Counted from the first letter of the stretch, positions 16,630 to 26,004 are shown. The stretch is DNA of 60,668 bases from Flavobacteriales bacterium UBA1958 (GCA_002336675.1 DDEI01000053.1:2459-63126); one strand, 5' to 3'. Numbers and translations: made by a program. The notes: generated by a model not told the origin, from the sequence alone.

Positions 16630-16992
16630 ATGAAATTTGAGGTAGAACACAAAGATAAGGTGACTTTAGTGAAGTCAAAAGTGGAGAAATTAGATGCTCT
16701 TCACGCACCTGAGTTGAAAGGAGAATTTGTTCTTCAGAGTAAGAGTGGAAATAAGAATATCATTTTAGATTTATCTGAAACGAGATATTGTGACTCTAGT
16801 GGATTGAGTGCTGTTCTTGTAGCTAATAGACTGTGTAAAGACGCAGAAGGAGTTTTTGTGCTTTGTGGACTTCAGAATGCCGTCTCTAAATTAATCAGCA
16901 TATCTCAGCTAGATTCTGTTTTGAAAATAGTTCCTACAGCAAGTGAAGCTGTAGATTTAATTTATATGGAAGAATTAGAAAAGAATCTTTAA
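16630..16992 (+). CDS. STAS-domain protein (anti-sigma-factor antagonist-like)
   Basis: 120 aa. LDLSETRYCDSSGLSAVLVA matches the SpoIIAA/RsbV-type phosphorylatable Ser region. Confidence 0.8.
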   Translation: MKFEVEHKDKVTLVKSKVEKLDALHAPELKGEFVLQSKSGNKNIILDLSETRYCDSSGLSAVLVANRLCKDAEGVFVLCGLQNAVSKLISISQLDSVLKIVPTASEAVDLIYMEELEKNL

Positions 16993-16994
16993 AA

Positions 16995-17795
16995 ATGAAA
17001 AAAACATTACTTTTTATAAATGCAATAGCATTTACGTTAGTCTCATTTGGACAATGCACAGATGATTATGATTGGGGAGATACCGATTATGGTGTTAGTC
17101 CTGATCCTGAGTTAGGAGAAACCTTCTCTAATGCCATCTTAAATGAGCCTTATTCCGAAGTCGTTTATATTTTAGTTCCTGATAATGCAAGTGCAGTTAT
17201 TGACGATGTAAACTATCCAATTGATTCGGTTTTATTAACTAGTATTACCATAGTGCAAGGAATGAATTCATTCACTCCTGAGGAATTTGGTTTGAGTCTG
17301 TCATGTAATAATGGTGGAACAAGTATTAATCCCTGCACGTTTATTGGTGGACAGTCGGGATGCGGAGTTCTATCGGGTGTACCATTAATCGCTGGGGATT
17401 TTAACATTACGCTTGATGCTAATGTTCATGTTACTGCATCTTTAGGAGGGTTCGATGCTCCTTTAGAATTCCCGTTTAACTATGAGGGTTATACTATCAC
17501 AGTAGAAACAGAGATCAATATCGAAGAGATCAGAAAACCTTTAGAAGCGGTTAGAATTAGTCCTAATCCTATTTCAATAAAAGGATTAATTCAATTAGAT
17601 GCTGCACAAGGTGGAGTTGCATATTTTAAAATTTTCAATTTGTTAGGTGAGGAAAAGAAAAATGAAACAATCACTCTTGTTAAGGGCTTCAATAAAATAG
17701 CTATTGATGCATCTAATTTAGAGAGTGGCGTTTATCTTTATAACATTGATTTTAATGGCTTCAAAGTGACAAAGAGATTTATAGTAAATAAGTAA
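16995..17795 (+). CDS. Hypothetical secreted protein with a T9SS type-A C-terminal sorting domain
   Basis: 266 aa. Signal peptide MKKTLLFINAIAFTLVSFGQ. The C-terminus, ISPNPIS...FKIFNLLGEE...GVYLYNIDFNGFKVTKRFIVNK, is CTD-like. Confidence 0.6.
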   Translation: MKKTLLFINAIAFTLVSFGQCTDDYDWGDTDYGVSPDPELGETFSNAILNEPYSEVVYILVPDNASAVIDDVNYPIDSVLLTSITIVQGMNSFTPEEFGLSLSCNNGGTSINPCTFIGGQSGCGVLSGVPLIAGDFNITLDANVHVTASLGGFDAPLEFPFNYEGYTITVETEINIEEIRKPLEAVRISPNPISIKGLIQLDAAQGGVAYFKIFNLLGEEKKNETITLVKGFNKIAIDASNLESGVYLYNIDFNGFKVTKRFIVNK

Positions 17796-17806
17796 ATAAT
17801 TTTTTT

Positions 17807-17839
17807 AAAAAAGCCGCTCGTTTTACGAGCGGCTTTTTT
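17807..17839 (+). terminator. Rho-independent terminator abutting the rnz start
   Basis: A6, then an 8-bp GC-rich stem gccgctcg/cgagcggc with a 5-nt loop, then T6. It ends 4 nt before the ATG at 17844. Confidence 0.75.
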
Positions 17840-17843
17840 GTGC

Positions 17844-18755
17844 ATGAAATTTGAGGTAAATATATTGGGCTGTTCAGCGGCTACATGTACTCTGAAAAGG
17901 AACACGACTTCTCAATTACTCAATATTCATGATAAACTTTTCTTGATAGATTGCGGAGAAGGTACACAGATTCAGCTAAGAAAATTTAAGTTTAAATTTC
18001 AACGCATTTCTAATATTTTTATTAGTCATTTACACGGGGATCATTATTTAGGTCTTTTTGGGTTGATGAGTTCAATGCATTTGTTAGGGAGAACCAAAAT
18101 TCTTCATATTTATGGTCCGCCAGAACTAAAAGGGTTAATCGATTTAAATATAAAAGTAAGCCAGTCTTATTTAAGATATAAGTACGAATTTCATCCTACT
18201 CAAGCAGAAAATTCTGAATTGATTTACGAGGACAGTACAATTTTAATTCACTCATTGCCCCTGAATCATAGAATACCGACTACAGGATTTGTGTTTGTCG
18301 AGAAGTTAAAGAAAAATAGAATTATCAAGACTAAAATTGACGAGTACAAGTTGGGTGTAGAAGAAATGCTTCATTTGAAAAATGGTAATGATGTTTTTAG
18401 AGAAGGTGAAAAAACTATTTATTCGAAGAATTGCACTCTTGCGCCATTTCCCCCGAGAAAATTCGTCTTTATGAGTGATACGGCGCCATTAACTGAGGGT
18501 CTCGAGTTAATTGAAAATGCTGACCTGTTATATCACGAGAGCACATTTTTAAATGATCAAATAGACCGGGCCAAGCATACTTTTCATTCTACAGCAGAAC
18601 AAGCGGCTTTAGTGGCTAAAAATGGAAATGTGAATAGGTTATGTTTAGGACACTTTTCAAATAGATATAAAGAACTATCCTCGTTTTTGGACGAGGCAAG
18701 GCCTCACTTTAAAAATTGTATTTTGGCTTCAGATGGCTTAAATATCCGTATTTAA
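17844..18755 (+). CDS. rnz: Ribonuclease Z (metallo-beta-lactamase fold)
   Basis: ISHLHGDHYLGL (HxHxDH motif) and overall RNase Z layout. I prefer the ATG at 17844 (MKFEVNILGCS) over the track's TTG at 17838. Confidence 0.85.
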   Translation: MKFEVNILGCSAATCTLKRNTTSQLLNIHDKLFLIDCGEGTQIQLRKFKFKFQRISNIFISHLHGDHYLGLFGLMSSMHLLGRTKILHIYGPPELKGLIDLNIKVSQSYLRYKYEFHPTQAENSELIYEDSTILIHSLPLNHRIPTTGFVFVEKLKKNRIIKTKIDEYKLGVEEMLHLKNGNDVFREGEKTIYSKNCTLAPFPPRKFVFMSDTAPLTEGLELIENADLLYHESTFLNDQIDRAKHTFHSTAEQAALVAKNGNVNRLCLGHFSNRYKELSSFLDEARPHFKNCILASDGLNIRI

Positions 18756-18796
18756 TAACTTATGTGTTTTCGTTCGTGTTTTTTGCAGAACACATT

Positions 18797-18804
18797 TATC
18801 TTTG
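18797..18804 (+). promoter_or_regulatory. -7 promoter box (TAnnTTTG) upstream of the response regulator
   Basis: TATCTTTG lies 23 nt before the ATG at 18827. Confidence 0.4.
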
Positions 18805-18826
18805 TTATTTAGAATCATTATAAGTA

Positions 18827-19495
18827 ATGAAGTTAGTAATAGCAGATAGTAGTGAATTAATATTAGAGGGGTTAATCCGAACTTTCTCTACTCCTGAAGT
18901 AGATATTTCTTTGATAGTTAATGATTCAAAGACTTTGCTTGAATCAGAGGAGTTAAAGACGTGCGATGTATTACTTATAGACTTTGTCTCATCAGGATTT
19001 ACTATAGATACTGTAAATCAATCTAGGGCTGTTATGAAAAATGAGAACATATTAGCTATAACTCATGAGCAGAGCGGGTTAACTATCGTTTCTGCAATCA
19101 AAGCAGGAGTTAAGTCTTATGTAAAAAAATCATGTAGCATAAAGGAGATAACTGATGCCGTGCGATCCACTGCTAGTGGAGAGGCTTTTTTTTGTGGTCA
19201 GATTTTAGAGGCTATACAGTTAGAGAGTATTGATTTAGAGGAAATTGATACTGACAAGTTCACTTGCGATCCTATTAAACTTTCTAATAGGGAATTGGAA
19301 GTTGTTAGGTATATTTCTGAAGGATATACCAATTCTCAGATAGCTAACAAGCTTTTCTTATCAAGCCATACTATAAATACTCATAGAAAAAATATTATGG
19401 CTAAATTAGGTGTTAAGAATACTGCTGCTATAGTGATGTATGCTGTAAAGTCTAAAATAATTAGCCCTAATAGGTTTTTATTTAACCCAGCTTAG
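18827..19495 (+). CDS. LuxR/NarL-family response regulator (REC plus HTH)
   Basis: 222 aa. The receiver carries CDVLLIDF (putative phospho-Asp). The C-terminus, LSNRELEVVRYISEGYTNSQIANKLFLSSHTINTHRKNIMAKLG, is a GerE/LuxR HTH. No histidine kinase nearby. Confidence 0.8.
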   Translation: MKLVIADSSELILEGLIRTFSTPEVDISLIVNDSKTLLESEELKTCDVLLIDFVSSGFTIDTVNQSRAVMKNENILAITHEQSGLTIVSAIKAGVKSYVKKSCSIKEITDAVRSTASGEAFFCGQILEAIQLESIDLEEIDTDKFTCDPIKLSNRELEVVRYISEGYTNSQIANKLFLSSHTINTHRKNIMAKLGVKNTAAIVMYAVKSKIISPNRFLFNPA

Positions 19496-19560
19496 AATGG
19501 ATTGTGTATATGATACACAATTCCATGACACTTTCGGGTCTTAAGCCGACTAATAATTCT

Positions 19561-19568
19561 TACTTTTG
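19561..19568 (+). promoter_or_regulatory. -7 promoter box (TAnnTTTG) upstream of ilvE
   Basis: TACTTTTG lies about 65 nt before the ATG at 19633. Confidence 0.4.
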
Positions 19569-19632
19569 CACCGCTGTTAAAAGCAACATAAATTGATTCT
19601 AGATTTATGTAAACGGAGGATAAACATGATCT

Positions 19633-20706
19633 ATGCAAGATAATTTGGCATCTCAAATAAATATTAGAAGAGTAGAAAAATCTAACATTGAGTCCTTGGA
19701 TTTTGATGATATTCAATTCGGTAAAGTTTTTACTGACCATATGTTAATTATGGATTACAAGGACGGCAAATGGGGAATACCTGATATTAAACCTTTTGAG
19801 CCACTGGTGATGCATCCTGCCACTTCTGTACTGCATTATGGACAATCTATCTTCGAAGGTTTAAAGGCTTATAAAAATGACGAGGGTGATGTTTTTGTAT
19901 TTAGACCTGAACAAAATGCTAAAAGGTTAAATGTAAGCGCTGCAAGAATGTGCATGCCAGCAGTTCCTGAAAATTTATTCGTTGAATCCATTAAACAATT
20001 AGTAAGTATTGATTCAGCATGGATACCTAAAAAAAGAGGTAGTTCACTTTATATAAGACCCCTTCTTTTTGCTACTGATGAATATATAGGTGTTAAACCA
20101 TCTAGTAGCTATAGACTCATGATTTTTATGGCTCCGGTTGATAAATATTATTCAGGTGCTGTAAAGGTTAAGATAGAAGAATATTTTTCTAGATCTGTAA
20201 GAGGCGGAACAGGATTTGCCAAAGCTGCTGGTAATTATGCAGCATCTTTATATCCTGCTAAGCTAGCTCAAGAAGAAGGCTTTGATCAACTCGTTTGGAC
20301 TGACGCTATAGAGCATAAGTATATTGAAGAAAGCGGAACCATGAACATTATGTTTAGATCTGGTAATAAAATATTTTCTCCTAAAGTAAGTGATAGTATT
20401 CTTTCAGGTATTACTAGAGACTCTATTCTTAAGCTAGCAGATAAATGGGGTTACGAAGTTGAAGAGAAAAAGATAGAGGTTCAGGAAATAGTAAATCATC
20501 TGGAAAATGGTACTTTGGATGAAGTATTGGGTGCTGGAACTGCCGCAACTATAGCTAGAATAGAAAGCATTGGCTTCAGGGGTAAGATCTACGAGCTTCC
20601 GAATGTTAACGATTGGGAATTCTCAAACCGTGCATCTGATTTTTTAGAATCATTAAAAAGAGGAGAGCAGGAAGATTCCTTCGGTTGGGTTCATAAAGTT
20701 TTATAG
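19633..20706 (+). CDS. ilvE: Branched-chain amino acid aminotransferase
   Basis: 357 aa. Class IV aminotransferase pattern (YGQSIFEGLKAY, LYIRPLLFAT, EESGTMNIMF, GITRDSIL). Confidence 0.9.
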   Translation: MQDNLASQINIRRVEKSNIESLDFDDIQFGKVFTDHMLIMDYKDGKWGIPDIKPFEPLVMHPATSVLHYGQSIFEGLKAYKNDEGDVFVFRPEQNAKRLNVSAARMCMPAVPENLFVESIKQLVSIDSAWIPKKRGSSLYIRPLLFATDEYIGVKPSSSYRLMIFMAPVDKYYSGAVKVKIEEYFSRSVRGGTGFAKAAGNYAASLYPAKLAQEEGFDQLVWTDAIEHKYIEESGTMNIMFRSGNKIFSPKVSDSILSGITRDSILKLADKWGYEVEEKKIEVQEIVNHLENGTLDEVLGAGTAATIARIESIGFRGKIYELPNVNDWEFSNRASDFLESLKRGEQEDSFGWVHKVL

Positions 20707-20777
20707 AGCACCGTATCTTAATGTTTGTGGAATCTTGATTATATTTTCCTCAAAATAAATATGAAGATAATCTAAGC

Positions 20778-20785
20778 TATTTTTG
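20778..20785 (+). promoter_or_regulatory. -7 promoter box (TAnnTTTG) upstream of the 20808 ORF and dapA
   Basis: TATTTTTG lies 23 nt before the ATG at 20808. Confidence 0.4.
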
Positions 20786-20807
20786 TGCCTTTCGGGAGAT
20801 TTTTTTT

Positions 20808-21362
20808 ATGAGCGTATTATTAAGACTTAAACATAAATTCAGTAGCTGGTTTCCAGCTAAAATAGCTGATGTTAATCGGACGAAGAGGGGCTTCGGTCTT
20901 AATGAAAACCCTTCAGTTCTCATAATATACCAAGATTCAGGTAAAGCTAATTTTAAGAAGAAAAAGAAATTCATTCAACATCTTAAAGGAGAGTATGGCG
21001 TTAGAGGTGTTTTAAGTTTAGCTTACTCAGATGTTCAAGAAAATGAATTGCCGGACTATTTTGCTCATTTTAAAGAGCTTGACTATTTTACCAGAACAGA
21101 TCTGTCTTGGAGGCTAAAACCAGTAAAGACTGCAGCAGAATTAAATTTAAGAAAATTTGATATTCTAATAGATTTAAGCCACGAAAAATGTATTCCTTTG
21201 GGTTTGCTAATAGGATTATCTAATAGCAGCTGTAAGGTTGGTAAATCAGGTAGTCCGTATGAAGGTCTTATGGATATAATTATAGATTTACCTTCATCTA
21301 CTGGAGAAGATGAATTTTTAAAGCATGTGGAATATTACTTATCCAAACTAAGTTTTAAATAA
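20808..21362 (+). CDS. Conserved-looking hypothetical protein immediately upstream of dapA
   Basis: 184-aa ORF whose stop abuts the dapA ATG (21363). No motif recognised. Confidence 0.5.
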   Translation: MSVLLRLKHKFSSWFPAKIADVNRTKRGFGLNENPSVLIIYQDSGKANFKKKKKFIQHLKGEYGVRGVLSLAYSDVQENELPDYFAHFKELDYFTRTDLSWRLKPVKTAAELNLRKFDILIDLSHEKCIPLGLLIGLSNSSCKVGKSGSPYEGLMDIIIDLPSSTGEDEFLKHVEYYLSKLSFK

Positions 21363-22244
21363 ATGAAGGTAAAAGGGCTAGGAGTTGCTATGATTACTCC
21401 TTTTAAAAATGATTTGTCCATTGATTTTGATTCTCTGGTAAATCTAACGGAAAGCTTGGTGCTAGGTGGGGTGGATTTTCTTGTGATAATGGGAACCACG
21501 GGAGAAGCCGCTACATTAACAGTTGAGGAAAAGCAAAAGGTATTAAATCATGTAGTTGAAACTAATGCAGGTCGGGTTCCTATAGTTTATGGAATCGGAG
21601 GAAATAATACTGCTGCAGTTTGTGAGGAGTTAAGAAACTTTAATACTCAAGGAGTGAGTTCAATTCTGTCCGCTAGTCCAGGATACAATAAGCCTACTCA
21701 GGAAGGTATCTTTCAGCACTTTAAGTCATTGGGCGAATCGACTCCTTTGCCTATTGTTTTATACAATGTCCCTGGAAGAACCGCCTCTAATATGGAAGCC
21801 AAGACTGTTATAAGAATAGCATCAGAGGTTCCGAATATAGTAGCGATAAAAGAGGCTAGTGGAGACCTTAGTCAAATTGAGGAAATTATAAGAAATGCTC
21901 CTGAAGGTTTTGATGTCTTTAGTGGTGATGATGGGTTAACCATACCGGTAATGAAATCTGGAGGAATTGGCGTAATTTCAGTAATTGGAAATGCTTGTCC
22001 AGATTTGCTTTCAAGTTTGGTGCGTTTATGTGAATCTAGAGAGTATGAATCGGCTAGAGAGGTCTTTAACGTTATGGAAGAGATTATTCCTATGCTTTTC
22101 GAACAAGGTAACCCAGCCGGGATAAAAGCTCTTATGGAGCTAGATGAAATGTGTACTGATAAGGTAAGGTTACCCTTAGTTTCGGCTAATCAGTTATTGA
22201 AAAGTAGATTTAAAGCTAGTCTGAATGCTTTTCCTTCAGCATAA
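21363..22244 (+). CDS. dapA: 4-hydroxy-tetrahydrodipicolinate synthase
   Basis: 293 aa with MGTTGEAATL, YNVPGRT and the Schiff-base Lys context VAIKEASGD. Confidence 0.9.
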   Translation: MKVKGLGVAMITPFKNDLSIDFDSLVNLTESLVLGGVDFLVIMGTTGEAATLTVEEKQKVLNHVVETNAGRVPIVYGIGGNNTAAVCEELRNFNTQGVSSILSASPGYNKPTQEGIFQHFKSLGESTPLPIVLYNVPGRTASNMEAKTVIRIASEVPNIVAIKEASGDLSQIEEIIRNAPEGFDVFSGDDGLTIPVMKSGGIGVISVIGNACPDLLSSLVRLCESREYESAREVFNVMEEIIPMLFEQGNPAGIKALMELDEMCTDKVRLPLVSANQLLKSRFKASLNAFPSA

Positions 22245-22255
22245 CTAACTCTTAT

Positions 22256-24037
22256 TTACATCTTTTCTGGCATATCGATTCCCAGAAGTTTCATTCCGCT
22301 GTGTATTACTCGAGCTGTTAGGCCTGAGAAATTGAGTCTTAAGCCAACTAGATCAAGGTTCTCCTCTTTTAAAATATTTGTGCTTTGATAAAAGGAGTTA
22401 TAATCTTTAACTAGTTCAAAAATATAATTAGACAATACTCCTGGGTTATAAAGCCTAGCAGCTTCTTTAATTACAGATGGGTAATTATGTAAGGTCTTAA
22501 TGACTTTCTTTTCAGCTGGAGAGAGAAGAAGGTTATTCGTGGAAGGTTGTGCTTCTTTTCCGGCTTTTTTTATAACTGCCTTTGCTCTTACGTAAGTGTA
22601 TTGAATAAACGGTCCGGTATTTCCCTGGAAATCTACAGATTCTTCAGGATTGAACATCATTCCTTTTTTAGGATCTACCTTTAGTAAGAAATACTTTAAT
22701 GCTCCATAACCAATCTTTTTATAGGTGTCCGATTTTTCTTCTTCCGATAAGTCACTAAGTTTTCCTTGAGTTTCAGAAATAGATTTAGCTGTGGCTATCA
22801 TATCTTCCAGCAAATCATCCGCATCTACTACTGTTCCTTCTCTAGATTTCATTTTTCCTTCAGGAAGTTCCACCATTCCATAACTAAGGTGATAGTTGCT
22901 TTTAGCTTTAGAAAAGCCTAATTTATCTAGAATGAGGAACAATACTTTAAAATGATACTCTTGCTCATTTCCTACTGTATAAATTTGATAGGCTAAGTCT
23001 GGATAATCTTGATACCTAAGAATAGCCGTTCCTATATCTTGAGTCATATATACTGCTGTTCCATCTCCTCTTAGGACTAGCTTTTCATCTAATCCATCTT
23101 GAGTTAAGTCGCACCATACCGAACCATCGTCTTTTTTAAATAAAACTCCTGAATTTAGCCCTTTTTTTATTTCATCTTTTCCGTTAAGGTAAGTGTTAGA
23201 TTCATAGTAGAGTTTATCGAAGTTAACGCCCATTTCTCGGTATGTGTGTTCAAAGCCTTCATATACCCAAGAGTTCATCATTTGCCATAGTGCAAGGGTT
23301 TCAGGATCTTTGCTTTCCCATTTCTGAAGTAACTCTCTGGCTGCATTTATAATAGGAGCTTTTTTTTCGGCAGTCTCTTTATCGTTTCCTTCTTCTATGA
23401 GTGCGGCCACTTGAGATTTGTAAACTTGATCAAACTTCACGTAGTATTTACCTACTAATTTATCTCCTTTAAGACCACTGCTTTCGGGAGTTTCTCCTTC
23501 TCCATAATTCTTCCATGAAATCATACTTTTACAGATATGAATTCCACGGTCATTTATAATTTGAACTTTTTGAACTTTATGCCCATTAGCTTCTAGTATT
23601 TTAGCTACAGAATACCCTAGAAAGTTATTTCTAAGATGACCTAGATGTAAAGGTTTGTTCGTGTTAGGAGAGGAGTATTCAACCATAACTTCATTCTTTG
23701 AATTCCTTTTTTTAAATCCGTATGATGGCAGGTCTATTGAATTATTTAGAAATTGGATCCAGTAAGAGTTAGCTATTTCTAAGTTCAGGAATCCCTTTAC
23801 TACATTAAAGCCTATAACATCCTCTAAATCTTTTACTATTAGCTCTCCCAAAGCTATGGCAGTATTTTCAGGAGAAGTTTTAGATATTTTTAAAAATGGA
23901 AAAACCACGACAGTTAAATCTCCTTCAAACTCCCTTTTAGTCTCTTGGACTTGAATAGAATCAACAGCGATGTTAAATGAGTATAAGTTTAATAATGCTT
24001 TAGCTGCACTAGCAGCCACTTTGTAATCTATGGTCAT
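22256..24037 (-). CDS. argS: Arginine--tRNA ligase
   Basis: 593 aa. Class I motifs SSPNTNKPLHLGHLRN (HIGH) and GKMKSREG (KMSKS-like), plus a DALR-type anticodon-binding C-terminus. Confidence 0.95.
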   Translation of the reverse strand: MTIDYKVAASAAKALLNLYSFNIAVDSIQVQETKREFEGDLTVVVFPFLKISKTSPENTAIALGELIVKDLEDVIGFNVVKGFLNLEIANSYWIQFLNNSIDLPSYGFKKRNSKNEVMVEYSSPNTNKPLHLGHLRNNFLGYSVAKILEANGHKVQKVQIINDRGIHICKSMISWKNYGEGETPESSGLKGDKLVGKYYVKFDQVYKSQVAALIEEGNDKETAEKKAPIINAARELLQKWESKDPETLALWQMMNSWVYEGFEHTYREMGVNFDKLYYESNTYLNGKDEIKKGLNSGVLFKKDDGSVWCDLTQDGLDEKLVLRGDGTAVYMTQDIGTAILRYQDYPDLAYQIYTVGNEQEYHFKVLFLILDKLGFSKAKSNYHLSYGMVELPEGKMKSREGTVVDADDLLEDMIATAKSISETQGKLSDLSEEEKSDTYKKIGYGALKYFLLKVDPKKGMMFNPEESVDFQGNTGPFIQYTYVRAKAVIKKAGKEAQPSTNNLLLSPAEKKVIKTLHNYPSVIKEAARLYNPGVLSNYIFELVKDYNSFYQSTNILKEENLDLVGLRLNFSGLTARVIHSGMKLLGIDMPEKM

Positions 24038-24049
24038 AAAGGTCGGGGT

Positions 24050-24991
24050 TTAAATCTTAGGTAAAAACACTTCTGCCATCATACATCTGGCGCTACCTCC
24101 TCCACACAGTTCTATGGTATTTATTTCACTGTGTATTATAGGGTTAAACGACTCTAGTTTAGTCATTTGTTCTTCTTCTAAACTTTGGTGCGCTGAAGTT
24201 GACATTACTAGATATGGTTTTCCATCTTCATTTACTACTTGAAGCATATTTCCCGCGAAATGTTCTTTTTGCTCCTCACTAATTTCGATTATTTCTTTTC
24301 CGGAATCTTCTAGAGCAGAAATTACATCCATACGTTCATCGAGGTTGTCTATTGTGTCTAAGCAGATTACGGCATACTTATCAGCTATGCACATCATCAC
24401 ATTTGTATGGTAGATAGTTTTTCTTTCGTCTCCTGCGCTTTGCAACGCTGAAAAACTGCAAAGGGAATATCCGAACTGCTCACAAAATTGTGTTGCTGCT
24501 GCTTTATCAGTTCTTACTGAAATAGCTGCGTAGCAAATTTTATTTTCTCTGTCTAGCACAAGGCTGCCAGTTCCTTCTAGGAATTTATCGTGTGATTCAA
24601 ATTCGGTAAAATCTACTATTTCTTTTACAGATAAGCCATAATTATTTCGGATAATTTCTACAACGTCCTCTCTTCTTTCTGCTCTCCTGTTTACGGCGAA
24701 CATAGGGTAGTAGGCTACTCGAGCATCTTCATGAAATGAAATCCAATTGTTCGGGAAGATAGAGTCAGGAGTATCAGGGCTTAAGGTGTCTTCTATAACT
24801 ATTACGTTTATTCCTTTATCTTCAAGTTTATTAACGAAACGGGTGAACTCCAACAGTGCTCTTTCTTGAACGTTTTCTGGAGTTAAGCTTTCGAGTGTTT
24901 TTTGGTAATAATTATTCACCGCAGTTTGCTCATTCATCCTGAAGCTAACTGGTTGAATCATTAGTATTTTAGACGTGCACTGTTTGGGCAT
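24050..24991 (-). CDS. Guanidino-group-modifying enzyme, arginine-deiminase-related / citrulline-utilisation hydrolase (CtlX)-like
   Basis: 313 aa. N-terminal MIQPVSFRMNEQTAVNNYYQ and C-terminal GGGSARCMMAEVF (catalytic Cys context of the amidinotransferase/ADI/DDAH superfamily). Confidence 0.7.
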   Translation of the reverse strand: MPKQCTSKILMIQPVSFRMNEQTAVNNYYQKTLESLTPENVQERALLEFTRFVNKLEDKGINVIVIEDTLSPDTPDSIFPNNWISFHEDARVAYYPMFAVNRRAERREDVVEIIRNNYGLSVKEIVDFTEFESHDKFLEGTGSLVLDRENKICYAAISVRTDKAAATQFCEQFGYSLCSFSALQSAGDERKTIYHTNVMMCIADKYAVICLDTIDNLDERMDVISALEDSGKEIIEISEEQKEHFAGNMLQVVNEDGKPYLVMSTSAHQSLEEEQMTKLESFNPIIHSEINTIELCGGGSARCMMAEVFLPKI

Positions 24992-25003
24992 TTAAGAATG
25001 TAT

Positions 25004-25909
25004 TTAATCTCTCTTCAAAGGTAGTGTAGAACATCTTAATAAACCTTCCATTTTAGCTATCTCACTATATTTTATTTTCTCAACGGTGTACCCTTTAGAT
25101 TCTAAAAAAGTATTGGTCTGCTTTAGATTAATCTCTGAAATAACATGGTCTTTATCTATAGAAAAGAGATTGGCACCCATGTTATACATCTGTTCGCTAT
25201 CTATAAATAAGCAGTTGTCTTCACCAAAATAATTTATGAGCCATTCAGCGTCTTCGGGGTTCTTAAATCCCTCTTTGTGAACAATGGCATGACCCAACCC
25301 AAAAGGTTGGAAGCAGCAGTCTAAATGAAGCGCGTTCATCTTAGGGTCTGTATCACTTTTTTTTAGCTCAAATGCTTTTACTTTTTTAGATGGGAATGAT
25401 TCTTTGAAAAATGCCACACCTTCAACGTTAGTTCGGGATACTTTATAGGTTGAAAAATCTTCGGGTTCAGAATAGCCGATAAAAAGATATTCATTATGTG
25501 GCATAATATCTCCTCCTTCAAATCTTACTCCTTCTGGAGCTTCAATAATGTTGCCTTTTGAGAAATCACTAATTACTTCTGTTAACGCCTCGATTTCTCT
25601 ACTTCTATCATTAATAACATTTGCAATGACAAATTTATCATCGATTACAATAGCTATATCTCGTACAAAAATTTGATTGTAATTATTTATATTATTTGGT
25701 CTTAACACTTCTATTCCGTTCTTGTTTAAAACCTTGAAAAAGCCCAACATTTCTTCATCTATGGATTTTTGGGTAGGGAAAGTACCATTTTTGATATGCT
25801 CTTTGGATTTTGGGTCGTAAGCATCAGATAATTCAGGTGTCCCTCCGAAAGATTTAGACGAACCAAGAATAACAAGCTTTAGCTTAGCATATTCATTTAT
25901 TACTTTCAT
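25004..25909 (-). CDS. Amidinotransferase/DDAH-like guanidino-group-modifying enzyme
   Basis: 301 aa with FVRD, FEGGD and ALHLDC, plus a C-terminal catalytic-Cys context MEGLLRCSTLPL. Confidence 0.7.
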   Translation of the reverse strand: MKVINEYAKLKLVILGSSKSFGGTPELSDAYDPKSKEHIKNGTFPTQKSIDEEMLGFFKVLNKNGIEVLRPNNINNYNQIFVRDIAIVIDDKFVIANVINDRSREIEALTEVISDFSKGNIIEAPEGVRFEGGDIMPHNEYLFIGYSEPEDFSTYKVSRTNVEGVAFFKESFPSKKVKAFELKKSDTDPKMNALHLDCCFQPFGLGHAIVHKEGFKNPEDAEWLINYFGEDNCLFIDSEQMYNMGANLFSIDKDHVISEINLKQTNTFLESKGYTVEKIKYSEIAKMEGLLRCSTLPLKRD

Positions 25910-26004
25910 GGCTTTATTGACTCTAAGAATTAACGCAAATGTAACTCCGCAAGCAGTTCTTTTATGATGGTTTTTGATTCAAATTCTCTATTTTACCCAC
26001 AATA

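Noticed and set aside
18756-18795. Possible terminator after rnz (atgtgtt...aacacat)
   Set aside because: The stem is only 7 bp with a ~20-nt loop and no clean U-run, which is too weak to call.
19492-19740. 82-aa minus-strand ORF spanning the response-regulator/ilvE spacer and the ilvE 5' end
   Set aside because: It overlaps the well-supported ilvE start and its promoter box, and has no motif. It is probably spurious.
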